A DNA stretch of 32,815 bases from a virus (lineage: Duplodnaviria; Caudoviricetes), in IMG/VR virus record IMGVR_UViG_3300036940_000203, positions 1 to 32,815 of that record; one strand, 5' to 3'. Below the pieces are notes generated by a model that saw only the letters and a list, made by a program, of their open reading frames with translations, had not been told where the DNA came from and did no database searches. Below are positions 9,795 to 19,097 of this stretch, piece after piece. Every line of letters begins with the position of its first letter. Within the stretch, counting starts at the first letter, position 1. Position numbers and translations under genes: made by a program.

Positions 9795-10628
9795 TTATAC
9801 ATTAGGATGATTATTAATTTCCTTTCTGTAATTAAAGAATAATTCAACAAAATATTTATTTACTTGTAAGTTGGAATAAATCAGATTCATGAGATTAGAG
9901 TTATATAAAGGCAACCTTGAACCCATAGATCTGTAGTTCATCATCTCGAAATAAAAATCTTCTACATTATCAAAACAGATATCTAATCCATGAATATCTT
10001 CATCAAAAGTTTCAGGGATATTAACTAATCTAAGAAATTTAGATACTGTACAATTGTTAATGAATTGTTTAAATTTACACAATAGAGAATACATAACAGT
10101 AGATTCACTCATACGTAAATTATATGTATTAGTATTTATATTAGCCAATATATCGTAAAGATTTAAAAGGTTAGGAGATCGTACAGACATACATTCGATT
10201 AATCGCAAACAACATCGAATTTCTTCTTCAGATAATGATAATCCTAATCTACGAATAGTATAACAAAATTGAGTTTGGATATCGACAAAACAAAAAGGAT
10301 TAAAACAATATACTGCACTATTGGTAGTTTCAAATAAACTTAACAATATACCACCACAGAATGGACATATCCTAGCCGAATCCAAAGCGAAGAGATTATC
10401 GACATTATAGAATTTGATTTCTACATCTCCATTAGATACAGAATCATTACCAACTATCTCTGCAGTGATATTTGCTGCTTGGTAGTCGGGATGATAAGGA
10501 AATTCGATTTCCGTATACCCATTATCTATAGTTGTACTATTCAATACAAGTTTAGATACAACTTGTCCATCCGGATATTTGACTGGTACGGCACTACTTA
10601 CTTCATATCTATCAATTGTATTTTTCAT
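9795..10628 (-). CDS. Zn-finger protein resembling the C-terminal (Zn-finger/HhH) half of NAD-dependent DNA ligase
   Basis: CPFCGG-x12-YCFNPFC followed by a helical region matches the LigA C4 finger pattern; no KxDG adenylation motif. ATG at 10628 follows GGGAG. Confidence 0.45.
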   Translation of the reverse strand: MKNTIDRYEVSSAVPVKYPDGQVVSKLVLNSTTIDNGYTEIEFPYHPDYQAANITAEIVGNDSVSNGDVEIKFYNVDNLFALDSARICPFCGGILLSLFETTNSAVYCFNPFCFVDIQTQFCYTIRRLGLSLSEEEIRCCLRLIECMSVRSPNLLNLYDILANINTNTYNLRMSESTVMYSLLCKFKQFINNCTVSKFLRLVNIPETFDEDIHGLDICFDNVEDFYFEMMNYRSMGSRLPLYNSNLMNLIYSNLQVNKYFVELFFNYRKEINNHPNV

Positions 10629-10844
10629 AGACCTACACTCCCACATAAAAGTATACATTCACTATTTTACTAGTATACTATTTGGTTATAAAATTTTTAT
10701 ATATTTCATATAATCGATATACTCTCTATTGTTAACCTTATCAGATTGTATATGTATATATTTATTTATACGTATATTGGTAGTTATATATTTTCATTGA
10801 ATTTCTCTATCCTATACACTAAATATTGAAAAGAGGAAATCTAT

Positions 10845-13382
10845 ATGAAAATTCAAAAACTCCATCTAACTAGATATAAACCATTCAAATTTAAGAATAT
10901 AAAACGATTAGTAGTTGATATGACTGCAGAGGATACACAAATATTGATAGGTAGTAATGGTTCAGGTAAATCATCATTATTACGTGAATGTACTCCATTT
11001 CCATCAGTTCGAAGCAATTTTGAAAAATGTGGAAGTAAAGTCGTCGAATTAGAACATGAAGGTTCTAAATATATATTGACTAGTAGATTCGCTGAAGCAC
11101 ATAGTCCCCATAGTTTTGTTAAGGATACTAAAGAGCTCAATATCAGTGGAGCTACTAAAATTCAACATGAATTAATTGAGACACATCTAGGTATTACGCC
11201 CGACATCTATAAATTGATTACTGTAGGTTACGACATAGCAAATATGTCAGTAAGTAATAGAAAAAATCTATTACTCAATCTAAATCCTACAAATATGTCT
11301 TTAATCTTAGATAAACATAAAAAAGTATGTTCTAAATTGAGAGAGTATAAGAACAATCTTAAATTGTTATATAAAAGGAAAAAAGATATAACTGATAAAC
11401 TACTGAATGAAGATATCATCAATGAAATTCGTAAAAATCAAAAAATCTTACAGGCCAAAAAGAATACACTAAATAAATGGATATATGCTCTAGAAACATA
11501 TATGCAAACATTAAAATCTGATAATATCCAATGTAAACCAATTGATATAAATAAGTTACAATCTGATATTCGTGACATTATAAAGAATTCTATCGATTTT
11601 AGTCATATCTCTAGAGATATAAATCATGACATAATTTGTGGTGAATATAAAAATAGAATCGATAATACCGAAACTCATATACAACAGATCGAAAATGATA
11701 TCCAATCTATTATACGTGAATTATCAGAATATGAGAAATATACAAATAACGATACTGACGATAAAGATAAAATAGTAAATAGGATTAATGAATTAGAAAA
11801 GAATATCAGTAATATAATTATTCCGGATAAGTATAAAGAGTATATACTTCCTAAGCATGAAATTGACAAATTGGAAATATCTATATGTCATATAAAACAA
11901 CTCCTTTCTAGATTTATAGAAATTCCACTTATCTCTACAGATACTTCCATATGTGATCGTATTCAACATACGATCAATTCTCTCAATTACAAGATAAAAG
12001 ATATTTGTCTTAATAAAGATCAGATAAATAAGGATTTAGACGATCTAAATAATAGCAAATTAGATACAGCAATAGGATACCCTAGCGAGTGCCATTTCGA
12101 TAATTGTAAACTCAAAACTCTATATATAGAAAAAGTAAATTCGTATGAAACTACAAAAGAAAAATTACTAAACAAATTAAAGAAAGTAACTAATAGATAT
12201 GATAGATATATAGCAGCTAAAAGTAGACTTGACGAATTCTATTATAAGAACAAATCAAGCTACGAAACATATATGTCATTGTTAGGAATACTTAATGAAT
12301 TATATACTACCAAAATGGTATTTAGTAATCTAGCTACTTTAGAAGTTTTAAATACTAAACCTAATTCTATATCACACTATTTAGATAATCTGATGGAGAT
12401 GTCTAAATTGTACCATAAGCGAGTAGAGTTAGTAGAAGAACTAGATATATTCAAAAAACAAGAGAAAGCTATAAATAGTCCAAACAATATGTCAGCAGAA
12501 TTGATACAAAAAATTATAACTGACAAACAGAAACACCTATCTCGACTATATGACAAACTTGATCTTGTCATATCTCAATCTAAAAAAGAAAAAGAAGAAT
12601 ATCAAACGTTGGTAAAATATACAGAAACTGTAAAGTATATCAAAAATATACAAGAAGTGTATAAGACATATGCATATACTCAAGAACGAGATTCTGTATT
12701 ACAATACTACCAGAAATTGATTGATATTATGTATTCTCTTATAAATGAATATGATACAACATTGTTAGATATCAATGAAACTATTAAAGAACAAGATAGT
12801 CTGTCAGATAGATTAAATCAAGAAATTCAAATTATGATAGATGACATAGAGAAAGATAAACTCAAATATGATCAAATAGAAAAAGCATTATCACCTACTT
12901 CAGGAATACCTCATACTCACATGATACGTTTCTTGAATACTATCATATCGAATACTAATAAGTTCATAAGTAAAGTTTGGTCATATCATTTACAACTTAT
13001 TCCTTTGGATTATAATAAACCTATCGACTACCAATTCGCAATTCAGGTAGGAAACATTAAAGTGAATGATATCTCCACATGTTCTGATGGTCAGAAGACT
13101 ATAATCAATTTAGCTTTCGCCTTAGCTATGGTAGTACAATTAAAACTACATGATTATCCGCTATATGTAGATGAAATTGATAAATATCTCGATCCTACAC
13201 ATGCACAAGTATTGATTGAGTTATTTGGGTGGTTAATTGATAATAAACTTATAGGACAATTGCTTATGATTAATCATAATAGTATAATGGAAGGTATACG
13301 TGGCGATATCCTAGTTATGGATGAAACTAATGTAGTATTACCTACTACATACAATGAACATGTAATTATGGATAAGTACTAA
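10845..13382 (+). CDS. sbcC: SbcC/Rad50-like SMC ATPase
   Basis: Walker A GSNGSGKS, long coiled coil, signature CSDGQ, Walker B LYVDEID, H-loop INH; GAGG RBS. Confidence 0.88.
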   Translation: MKIQKLHLTRYKPFKFKNIKRLVVDMTAEDTQILIGSNGSGKSSLLRECTPFPSVRSNFEKCGSKVVELEHEGSKYILTSRFAEAHSPHSFVKDTKELNISGATKIQHELIETHLGITPDIYKLITVGYDIANMSVSNRKNLLLNLNPTNMSLILDKHKKVCSKLREYKNNLKLLYKRKKDITDKLLNEDIINEIRKNQKILQAKKNTLNKWIYALETYMQTLKSDNIQCKPIDINKLQSDIRDIIKNSIDFSHISRDINHDIICGEYKNRIDNTETHIQQIENDIQSIIRELSEYEKYTNNDTDDKDKIVNRINELEKNISNIIIPDKYKEYILPKHEIDKLEISICHIKQLLSRFIEIPLISTDTSICDRIQHTINSLNYKIKDICLNKDQINKDLDDLNNSKLDTAIGYPSECHFDNCKLKTLYIEKVNSYETTKEKLLNKLKKVTNRYDRYIAAKSRLDEFYYKNKSSYETYMSLLGILNELYTTKMVFSNLATLEVLNTKPNSISHYLDNLMEMSKLYHKRVELVEELDIFKKQEKAINSPNNMSAELIQKIITDKQKHLSRLYDKLDLVISQSKKEKEEYQTLVKYTETVKYIKNIQEVYKTYAYTQERDSVLQYYQKLIDIMYSLINEYDTTLLDINETIKEQDSLSDRLNQEIQIMIDDIEKDKLKYDQIEKALSPTSGIPHTHMIRFLNTIISNTNKFISKVWSYHLQLIPLDYNKPIDYQFAIQVGNIKVNDISTCSDGQKTIINLAFALAMVVQLKLHDYPLYVDEIDKYLDPTHAQVLIELFGWLIDNKLIGQLLMINHNSIMEGIRGDILVMDETNVVLPTTYNEHVIMDKY

Positions 13383-13405
13383 AAAATATAGATATACTAC
13401 CAGAC

Positions 13406-13450
13406 GATACTCGTATGACTACCCATTAGTGGGGTAGTCATACGAGTATC
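13406..13450. terminator. Perfect 19-bp-stem hairpin between convergent genes
   Basis: gatactcgtatgactaccc-attagtg-gggtagtcatacgagtatc. Confidence 0.75.
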
Positions 13451-13463
13451 TTTTATGTAGAAT

Positions 13464-13877
13464 TCATCCTAACTTTTCTCTTGGAATAGTAAGGTTATTT
13501 GAAGTACTTATACCATCACTATTATACTCTACGATTTGATTATAGGTATGATGACCATATTTTATTCGTTCTTCTGTTCTATTTATAAGTAATGCGATAT
13601 CATAAATTCCCCCAACGATATCGAAGTTGCCCATAATCTCACTCATGAACAATTTACTATTACCACTTAAATGAACTCCAGGGTGAATCATTGATAGTCT
13701 ATCTACCCAACAACTATCTTCATGAGATAAAGTAGCACCATCTGCTATATATCCACCCTTTTCACCTAAATGTAATCCATACTTATCTGTACAGGAATAT
13801 ATCCTGTACAATTTATACACGTTTCCTTCACTAACTCTAACCTTAAAATCGTTTTTGTCAAATCTATATTTTCTCAT
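13464..13877 (-). CDS. Phage protein of the 'LYRI...GE.GG.I....LS....CWV' family (short beta-helix-like)
   Basis: LYRIYS...GEKGGYIADGATLSHEDSCWV; GGAGG RBS. Confidence 0.5.
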   Translation of the reverse strand: MRKYRFDKNDFKVRVSEGNVYKLYRIYSCTDKYGLHLGEKGGYIADGATLSHEDSCWVDRLSMIHPGVHLSGNSKLFMSEIMGNFDIVGGIYDIALLINRTEERIKYGHHTYNQIVEYNSDGISTSNNLTIPREKLG

Positions 13878-13921
13878 GATATCTCCTCCGAATTATTTGA
13901 GTTATATAAGTATACTATTTG

Positions 13922-13933
13922 AATAATATATAT
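13922..13933 (-). promoter_or_regulatory. Putative early promoter motif ATATATATTATT
   Basis: Exact copy about 45 nt upstream of the ATG at 13877. Confidence 0.55.
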
Positions 13934-13963
13934 CTCAAATAGAAATCGTTGGCATTTGTATAT

Positions 13964-14437
13964 TTAATAAACTACATAATTATTGGTATCAATTAACTTC
14001 GATGATTCATATAACCTATTCATCATTATTTCATATCTTTGTTTATTTTCGATATTTTCTTTAGTGTGATTAAACAACTCTTTATATGTAGCCCACAATA
14101 CTAATTTAGTATATTCATTATTTGAATTTACAATACGATCTACTACATTCTCTTCAATTTCAAATTCTCCTTTCGTTAATAGTGTAAGGTTATCTGCTAT
14201 CTCTACTCCATAACTTTTTCTAATTCTATAAATGATTGTAGGTTCTAAACAATCTTTAAGTAAACTTGTAGATATAGCTATATACTCATCTATATCATTC
14301 ATCATACAAATAACTCGCCGAGTAGTGCCTAATAGATGGCATAGATATTTGATATCTGATATATTCATAAAGTTGATACGATTATTCATACTGAATTGGA
14401 TTTGAGAAAAATAAGTAACTAATTTTAGATTATGCAT
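13964..14437 (-). CDS. Degenerate HD-domain (SpoT/Mesh1 hydrolase-like) protein, probably inactive
   Basis: SLLKDCLEP...IRKSYGVEIADNLTLLTK...VDRI...YTKLV parallels ALLHDVLED...I...FG..VA..V..LTK...LVK, with HD changed to KD. Confidence 0.5.
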   Translation of the reverse strand: MHNLKLVTYFSQIQFSMNNRINFMNISDIKYLCHLLGTTRRVICMMNDIDEYIAISTSLLKDCLEPTIIYRIRKSYGVEIADNLTLLTKGEFEIEENVVDRIVNSNNEYTKLVLWATYKELFNHTKENIENKQRYEIMMNRLYESSKLIDTNNYVVY

Positions 14438-14497
14438 AAAATCTCCACCTGATAAATATATAACTACCGATATGTTATATCGGAAAAATAAATAAAA

Positions 14498-14532
14498 AAG
14501 ACTTACTCTCCATCATATGGAGAGTAAGTCTT
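14498..14532 (-). terminator. Perfect 16-bp-stem hairpin with a minus-strand T tract, closing the spanin/lipoprotein cassette
   Basis: aagacttactctccat-cat-atggagagtaagtctt, preceded on + by an A run. Confidence 0.75.
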
Positions 14533-14543
14533 AGGTATTGACA

Positions 14544-14762
14544 TTATTTATCCAATCTAGCTTTAGCTTCTGCTAAAAAATCATCAGGAGTCTTATCCCA
14601 CAAATCTTCCAACATTTCCCAATCTACAGCAGTTACTGTACTTTTATTCCAAGTCTCAATCAATTCTTTGACTCGATTAACTCCAGTTGGTCCATGTTCA
14701 TTTACATAATCAACGATCTTGAATACTACATCGGCAGATACTTTTACATTTGAAAATCCCAT
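14544..14762 (-). CDS. Hypothetical 72-aa protein, last gene of the lysis-associated cassette
   Basis: AAGGAG RBS; co-oriented with the lipoprotein and spanin genes. Confidence 0.65.
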   Translation of the reverse strand: MGFSNVKVSADVVFKIVDYVNEHGPTGVNRVKELIETWNKSTVTAVDWEMLEDLWDKTPDDFLAEAKARLDK

Positions 14763-14786
14763 AACTATCTCCTTATATGGTAATGA

Positions 14787-15239
14787 TTACTTTATAAACT
14801 TCAAGATAGGAAAGTTATCCAAAAATCCCATTTCTGCTACTAAAGAAAACAAGACATCATAATTTTTCCATAAGGCATCTACTGCAGCAGATGCAGCCAT
14901 CTTTGCATCAACAAGTTCAGTATCAGTTGTAGGATCTAATTCTCGATCATTAGACATCTTCTTATCCAAAGTCTCAATGTAAGCTTGAGAAGTAACAGTA
15001 GCTACTCTTCCAGCTTTTCTATAAATTTCAGCTATAGTTGCTATCTTCTCATATTGTACTTCTGACATATCACCTTTAGCTGTCATATCTGCAGCAACTT
15101 CCATAACTGAATAGTATACAGTAGCTGCTGTTTTAATAGTAGCATAACTCGTTGTATTGATAGTCTGTTTAGCACACCCAATAGCAATAAGCATCATCCA
15201 TACTACTAATACATACGAAACCATATTGCGAGTTTTCAT
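14787..15239 (-). CDS. Lipoprotein, alpha-helical
   Basis: MKTRN, hydrophobic stretch, then lipobox AIG-C; AGGAGAGAGG RBS. Confidence 0.7.
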   Translation of the reverse strand: MKTRNMVSYVLVVWMMLIAIGCAKQTINTTSYATIKTAATVYYSVMEVAADMTAKGDMSEVQYEKIATIAEIYRKAGRVATVTSQAYIETLDKKMSNDRELDPTTDTELVDAKMAASAAVDALWKNYDVLFSLVAEMGFLDNFPILKFIK

Positions 15240-15261
15240 AAATATACCTCTCTCCTATTTG

Positions 15262-15588
15262 TTAAAGTTGATTTTTTGTAATTTCTTCCTGTCGCTTATT
15301 GAATTCTTCAACACGTTTTTGTTCTTTATATATCCACAATCGTAATTCGTCAATAGTATTACAATTATCTTTGTAGTTATTATACAATCTAAGTATAAAT
15401 TCACTTACATCTCTATCGTTATATACTCCTTCTGGAATTGGTGGTAGAGGTTTATATGATAACAATGCTTCTGGCGGAACAATAGTAGTCAACTCTTTTT
15501 GTACAACTACGATAGGTTTAGTACTACTACATCCGAATAAGAATAAACTGAATATAACTAATAGTATATATTTAATCTGAAGTAGCAT
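15262..15588 (-). CDS. o-spanin (Rz1-like outer-membrane lipoprotein)
   Basis: Lipobox LFG-C, Pro-rich segment (VPPEALLSYKPLPPIP); overlaps the 3' end of the i-spanin by 17 nt. Confidence 0.75.
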   Translation of the reverse strand: MLLQIKYILLVIFSLFLFGCSSTKPIVVVQKELTTIVPPEALLSYKPLPPIPEGVYNDRDVSEFILRLYNNYKDNCNTIDELRLWIYKEQKRVEEFNKRQEEITKNQL

Positions 15589-15967
15589 TCTGTCCCTCCA
15601 TATTTCGTATAGTATCCATAGTATATCGTATTACTTCGGATGAAGTATTTGGCAAATCTTTACTATATTTCTCTAATTCATCTATTTGTTTTTCTAGTTC
15701 TTTTGTAGCTTGTTCTCGTCGAGCTAAAGTAGATACTACTCTATCATATCTACTCTTCCACATATCTAATTCTTCTTTATGTATCATCTTGTTGTAATTT
15801 ACTTCAGTCTCTTTTGCTAACACTTGTTGTTTAGCTTCATTGAGTAATTTTACTGTTTTGTTATGATTATTGATATAGAATATTACAACTCCACTAAGTG
15901 CAACTAATAACAATATTTTACCAGCTGTACCTTTACAAAAAGATAGTATACTAGCAATTCCAAACAT
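15572..15967 (-). CDS. i-spanin (Rz-like)
   Basis: ATG at 15967 with GGGAGAGG RBS; one N-terminal TM (ILLLVALSGVVIFYI) followed by a coiled coil; overlaps the o-spanin. Confidence 0.72.
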   Translation of the reverse strand: MFGIASILSFCKGTAGKILLLVALSGVVIFYINNHNKTVKLLNEAKQQVLAKETEVNYNKMIHKEELDMWKSRYDRVVSTLARREQATKELEKQIDELEKYSKDLPNTSSEVIRYTMDTIRNMEGQNATSD

Positions 15968-16037
15968 ATGACCTCTCCCATACTCTATATAATTTAGTGA
16001 CAAAATAACAAAAAATATATACTTATAAGATAGACAA

Positions 16038-16067
16038 GAGAGATGCCTCACATGAGGCATCTTTCTC
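16038..16067 (-). terminator. Hairpin between the macrodomain gene and the spanin cassette
   Basis: agatgcctca-ca-tgaggcatct core with an imperfect gag/ctc extension. Confidence 0.5.
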
Positions 16068-16077
16068 ACTAATCGCT

Positions 16078-16617
16078 TCACAATTCGTATACGTAAATAT
16101 CTATATCGCTAAATATATTATTGATTATAGATTCTACCTCATTCCAATCGCCTCTACCTAATCCACAACCAATCTTAGGAATGCCAATAGTGTGATCGTA
16201 CCAGTTGTCATGGATCAATTGCATACAAGATTCAACTGCATCAAGATACAACATATCATTACGATTCCAATATGTATATTGTGTATATGCATTAATGACA
16301 TACTTATATGAAAGGTTAATGATATGTTTTGGAGATGGTGTACCTGTTATATGATCGTGGAGAATTACTCCACATGCCGGTGGAGCTGTCCTAAATGCAT
16401 AAGGTTCTACCGAACTATATGTTAAAGTACCCAATTTACTTCTATCACCTTTATCTGTAAACTCCATATCAACGTACTGAACAATATTATAATTTTTCTC
16501 TATCTGTTTAGCGATACCTTTTTTCATCGTATGAAAGCAATTACACCCATGAGCTATGGTAGTCACTTCACTACAATCAAAAGCTTTAAGTAGATCACCT
16601 TTCCTATATACGATCAT
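16078..16617 (-). CDS. Macrodomain (ADP-ribose processing, T4 Tk.4/Poa1p-like) protein
   Basis: KGDLL, IAHGCNCFHTMKKGIA, VINAYTQ, IGIPKIGCGLGRGDW. Confidence 0.88.
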   Translation of the reverse strand: MIVYRKGDLLKAFDCSEVTTIAHGCNCFHTMKKGIAKQIEKNYNIVQYVDMEFTDKGDRSKLGTLTYSSVEPYAFRTAPPACGVILHDHITGTPSPKHIINLSYKYVINAYTQYTYWNRNDMLYLDAVESCMQLIHDNWYDHTIGIPKIGCGLGRGDWNEVESIINNIFSDIDIYVYEL

Positions 16618-16636
16618 AATTTCTCCTATACAGTAT

Positions 16637-17665
16637 TTAAAATTCCCACAACTCTTTATCTTTCTGAATGCATTCTTCGTAGAGAGATAGCATCAATTCT
16701 TTAATTTGTGGATGAGGTTCTCCTGTAGTACCTAATGCTCTAAGATTGAAGATATGTTTCCATTCTTCAATATTAGCTGTCACTAAAAGTTCAGTCTTCA
16801 ATCCGAGCGGCAATATATTACGAGCTAACTGAGCTTTCTTGCCATAATTATCAATAAGAGTATTATATCCACTCTCACAAACTGTAGAAACAAAAGTGTA
16901 TATATCTTCAGGAGTAAGAGATCTACCTGACTTAGATACGATCTGATTATTGTCAAATGTAATGTCTGATACATCTACAGTATCCAATATATCTGCATCT
17001 AACCAAGATGGTTTAATAATAGCAATACCACCGCGCTTATTGTAATTTATGTAACGAGTACTTTCTTGAGCGAAACTGCATAATCTGTGTCGTACTATCT
17101 CATTCGCAATAGCTCTATCGCACACAAACTTTACTGACATCGTATCATGAATTCGACGTTGGTATATAGAAAATGCAGAAGGGTCTAAAATTTCACACCA
17201 TTCATAATCACTTTCATCGTAGTTATCAAATTCTATATGTGACTTGATATTAAGAGATTTATCCGCATTTACAATATCATCAAATAATACAGGATAAGTC
17301 TGATGTAATGTCTTCAAAATACACTCAATATTTGAAGAATAATTAACACCAATATACTCTTTACAAAAATTACGAAATGCTCTAACATTTCCAGAAAGAA
17401 TATATCCCCTTTCTGAAACTGAATGTCGAAACTGATGTATACTCTTTGGTATCGTTGATGCAACTATCGGACTTCTCTCAACTACTATATTCATATGTTC
17501 AAGCATGGCTGTATGTTGATTGTCAATCAGTCGCTTAACAAAAGATTTAGCAGAATCTGAAGTGATAGCTTTCTCAGATTTATAACACAACCTAGCTGCC
17601 CTTTCGATACCTTCAATTGAGTCGATATTGTCTAAAATTTCATAACTAGCATTTATGTATTTCAT
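16637..17665 (-). CDS. thyX: FAD-dependent thymidylate synthase
   Basis: IERAARLCYKS, HTAMLEH, ThyX motif RHRLCSFAQESTRY, ARNILP, LR....PHPQI. Confidence 0.93.
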   Translation of the reverse strand: MKYINASYEILDNIDSIEGIERAARLCYKSEKAITSDSAKSFVKRLIDNQHTAMLEHMNIVVERSPIVASTIPKSIHQFRHSVSERGYILSGNVRAFRNFCKEYIGVNYSSNIECILKTLHQTYPVLFDDIVNADKSLNIKSHIEFDNYDESDYEWCEILDPSAFSIYQRRIHDTMSVKFVCDRAIANEIVRHRLCSFAQESTRYINYNKRGGIAIIKPSWLDADILDTVDVSDITFDNNQIVSKSGRSLTPEDIYTFVSTVCESGYNTLIDNYGKKAQLARNILPLGLKTELLVTANIEEWKHIFNLRALGTTGEPHPQIKELMLSLYEECIQKDKELWEF

Positions 17666-17788
17666 TGTTCAGATCCTTCTTTGATAATTTTGATTAGATT
17701 AAGAAATGCTATACCAACTTCGGTATCAAATAACGATTTTTCAATAACAACTATTACATAGATACATTAGTATACTCCAAAATATAAA

Positions 17789-17822
17789 ATAGAGTGAAGA
17801 CTAATAGTAGTCTTCACTCTAT
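17789..17822 (-). terminator. Perfect 15-bp-stem hairpin
   Basis: atagagtgaagacta-atag-tagtcttcactctat. Confidence 0.7.
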
Positions 17823-17828
17823 GTAATA

Positions 17829-19022
17829 TTAATCAATCAAGATTCTCCGGACAGGAATGACTCCGTAATGATGACCCTGCCGATACGTGCAATGTACTTC
17901 ACTATTTTCATCTACACCCAAAGAATCAGTATCTGAATTACCCTGACTGCTGGACCATACATAACTACTATTAAATGATGTCCAGTCTATACCCAACAAG
18001 TCTTTATTTTTGCAGATATAACACAACTCGTCCTTATTAGGTAGAAAATAGTCATCACATCCATCATGTACCAAGTTATTACAATAGTGAACTGCGTTAT
18101 CGTTAGGAGTAGTATAAGCATCATTTCCACTATGAGTACATAAGTGTTGAGTATTATACAGACCAGTATAGGGATCTGTCCAATTGCTATTAGTATCACG
18201 ATAAGCTAATCCTAGCCTATCAATATGTGTATTGTAATATCCATACTTCTTATTGACAAACACACTACTACTAGGTACTACTATATACCCAGTCTGACCA
18301 TCTTTAAAGGTATATGGACCTATGGCTGTGCCACCTGCTACCTTATCTCCAGAGATTATTGATGTGTCACTCTTTTTAGTCTTCTTAATTTTGAAATTTT
18401 CCAACGTATGAGGATAAGTAATATCATACCAATGTTCATGTAAACTATCTACAAATATTGATGAGAGATAATAATGTAATTTGTTAATATCAACCATTTT
18501 CCGAAAATATATCTCATCAATGTAGGAACATAAAAAACTATCACCCATCCGTTTTATACAACCACCCATGATGATATTACTATACCACCTTACCAATTGT
18601 ATTACTGGAAAGTTGTATTTGAGTAAAGCCTCATCACATTTTGACATACCAAATAACATATTGACAAATACATTTTCTTGTTGAGTCAAGGGTCTATTGG
18701 AAGTAAAAATATCTTCCAAATACTTAACCAATTCAGGATAATTGCATTGATATTTGTTTGGTACACTACGTAACAACCGGTACAACATGTAGGGATAAAA
18801 CTTATTAAATTTGAGTTTATATAGATCAGTATATGTTTGGGTCCACCGATCATTATCGATATCCGGATTATAAGTTATGTAATTGTTACGTACAAATTCC
18901 TCATAAGGGATTTGTATAGGAGTAATTGTATCGGTATCGATATATTCAGATCCCCATTTATCTTTGACAATAAGATTGAACATGTCTACAGCTTTTACGT
19001 TTTGGTCGATAGATCTCATCAT
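17829..19022 (-). CDS. Two-domain protein: degenerate PolB-palm-like N-terminus plus DUF1566/C-type-lectin-like C-terminus
   Basis: C-terminus AVHYCNNLVHDGCDDYFLPNKDEL...YVWSSSQ...VIPVRRI is the DUF1566 pattern. The N-terminus has KFNKFYP, VNMLFG and YIDEIYF in PolB motif A/B/C order. Confidence 0.55.
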   Translation of the reverse strand: MMRSIDQNVKAVDMFNLIVKDKWGSEYIDTDTITPIQIPYEEFVRNNYITYNPDIDNDRWTQTYTDLYKLKFNKFYPYMLYRLLRSVPNKYQCNYPELVKYLEDIFTSNRPLTQQENVFVNMLFGMSKCDEALLKYNFPVIQLVRWYSNIIMGGCIKRMGDSFLCSYIDEIYFRKMVDINKLHYYLSSIFVDSLHEHWYDITYPHTLENFKIKKTKKSDTSIISGDKVAGGTAIGPYTFKDGQTGYIVVPSSSVFVNKKYGYYNTHIDRLGLAYRDTNSNWTDPYTGLYNTQHLCTHSGNDAYTTPNDNAVHYCNNLVHDGCDDYFLPNKDELCYICKNKDLLGIDWTSFNSSYVWSSSQGNSDTDSLGVDENSEVHCTYRQGHHYGVIPVRRILID

Positions 19023-19097
19023 AGTAAATTCTCCTACGGTTAAAGGTTCAAGTAATTGGTGAAGTTATCTTATTACTTACAAATTACAAATAATAAA

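Noticed and set aside
10853-12571. Short antisense ORFs within sbcC (and similar ones within DHH, phuZ and terL)
   Set aside because: Shadow ORFs opposite well-supported genes, with no supporting motifs.
15968-16081. N-terminal extension of the i-spanin in the ORF track
   Set aside because: It crosses a hairpin; the ATG at 15967 has a strong RBS.
17829-18100. Complete diversity-generating retroelement
   Set aside because: Only a target-like domain is present; no reverse transcriptase or template repeat is seen in the window.
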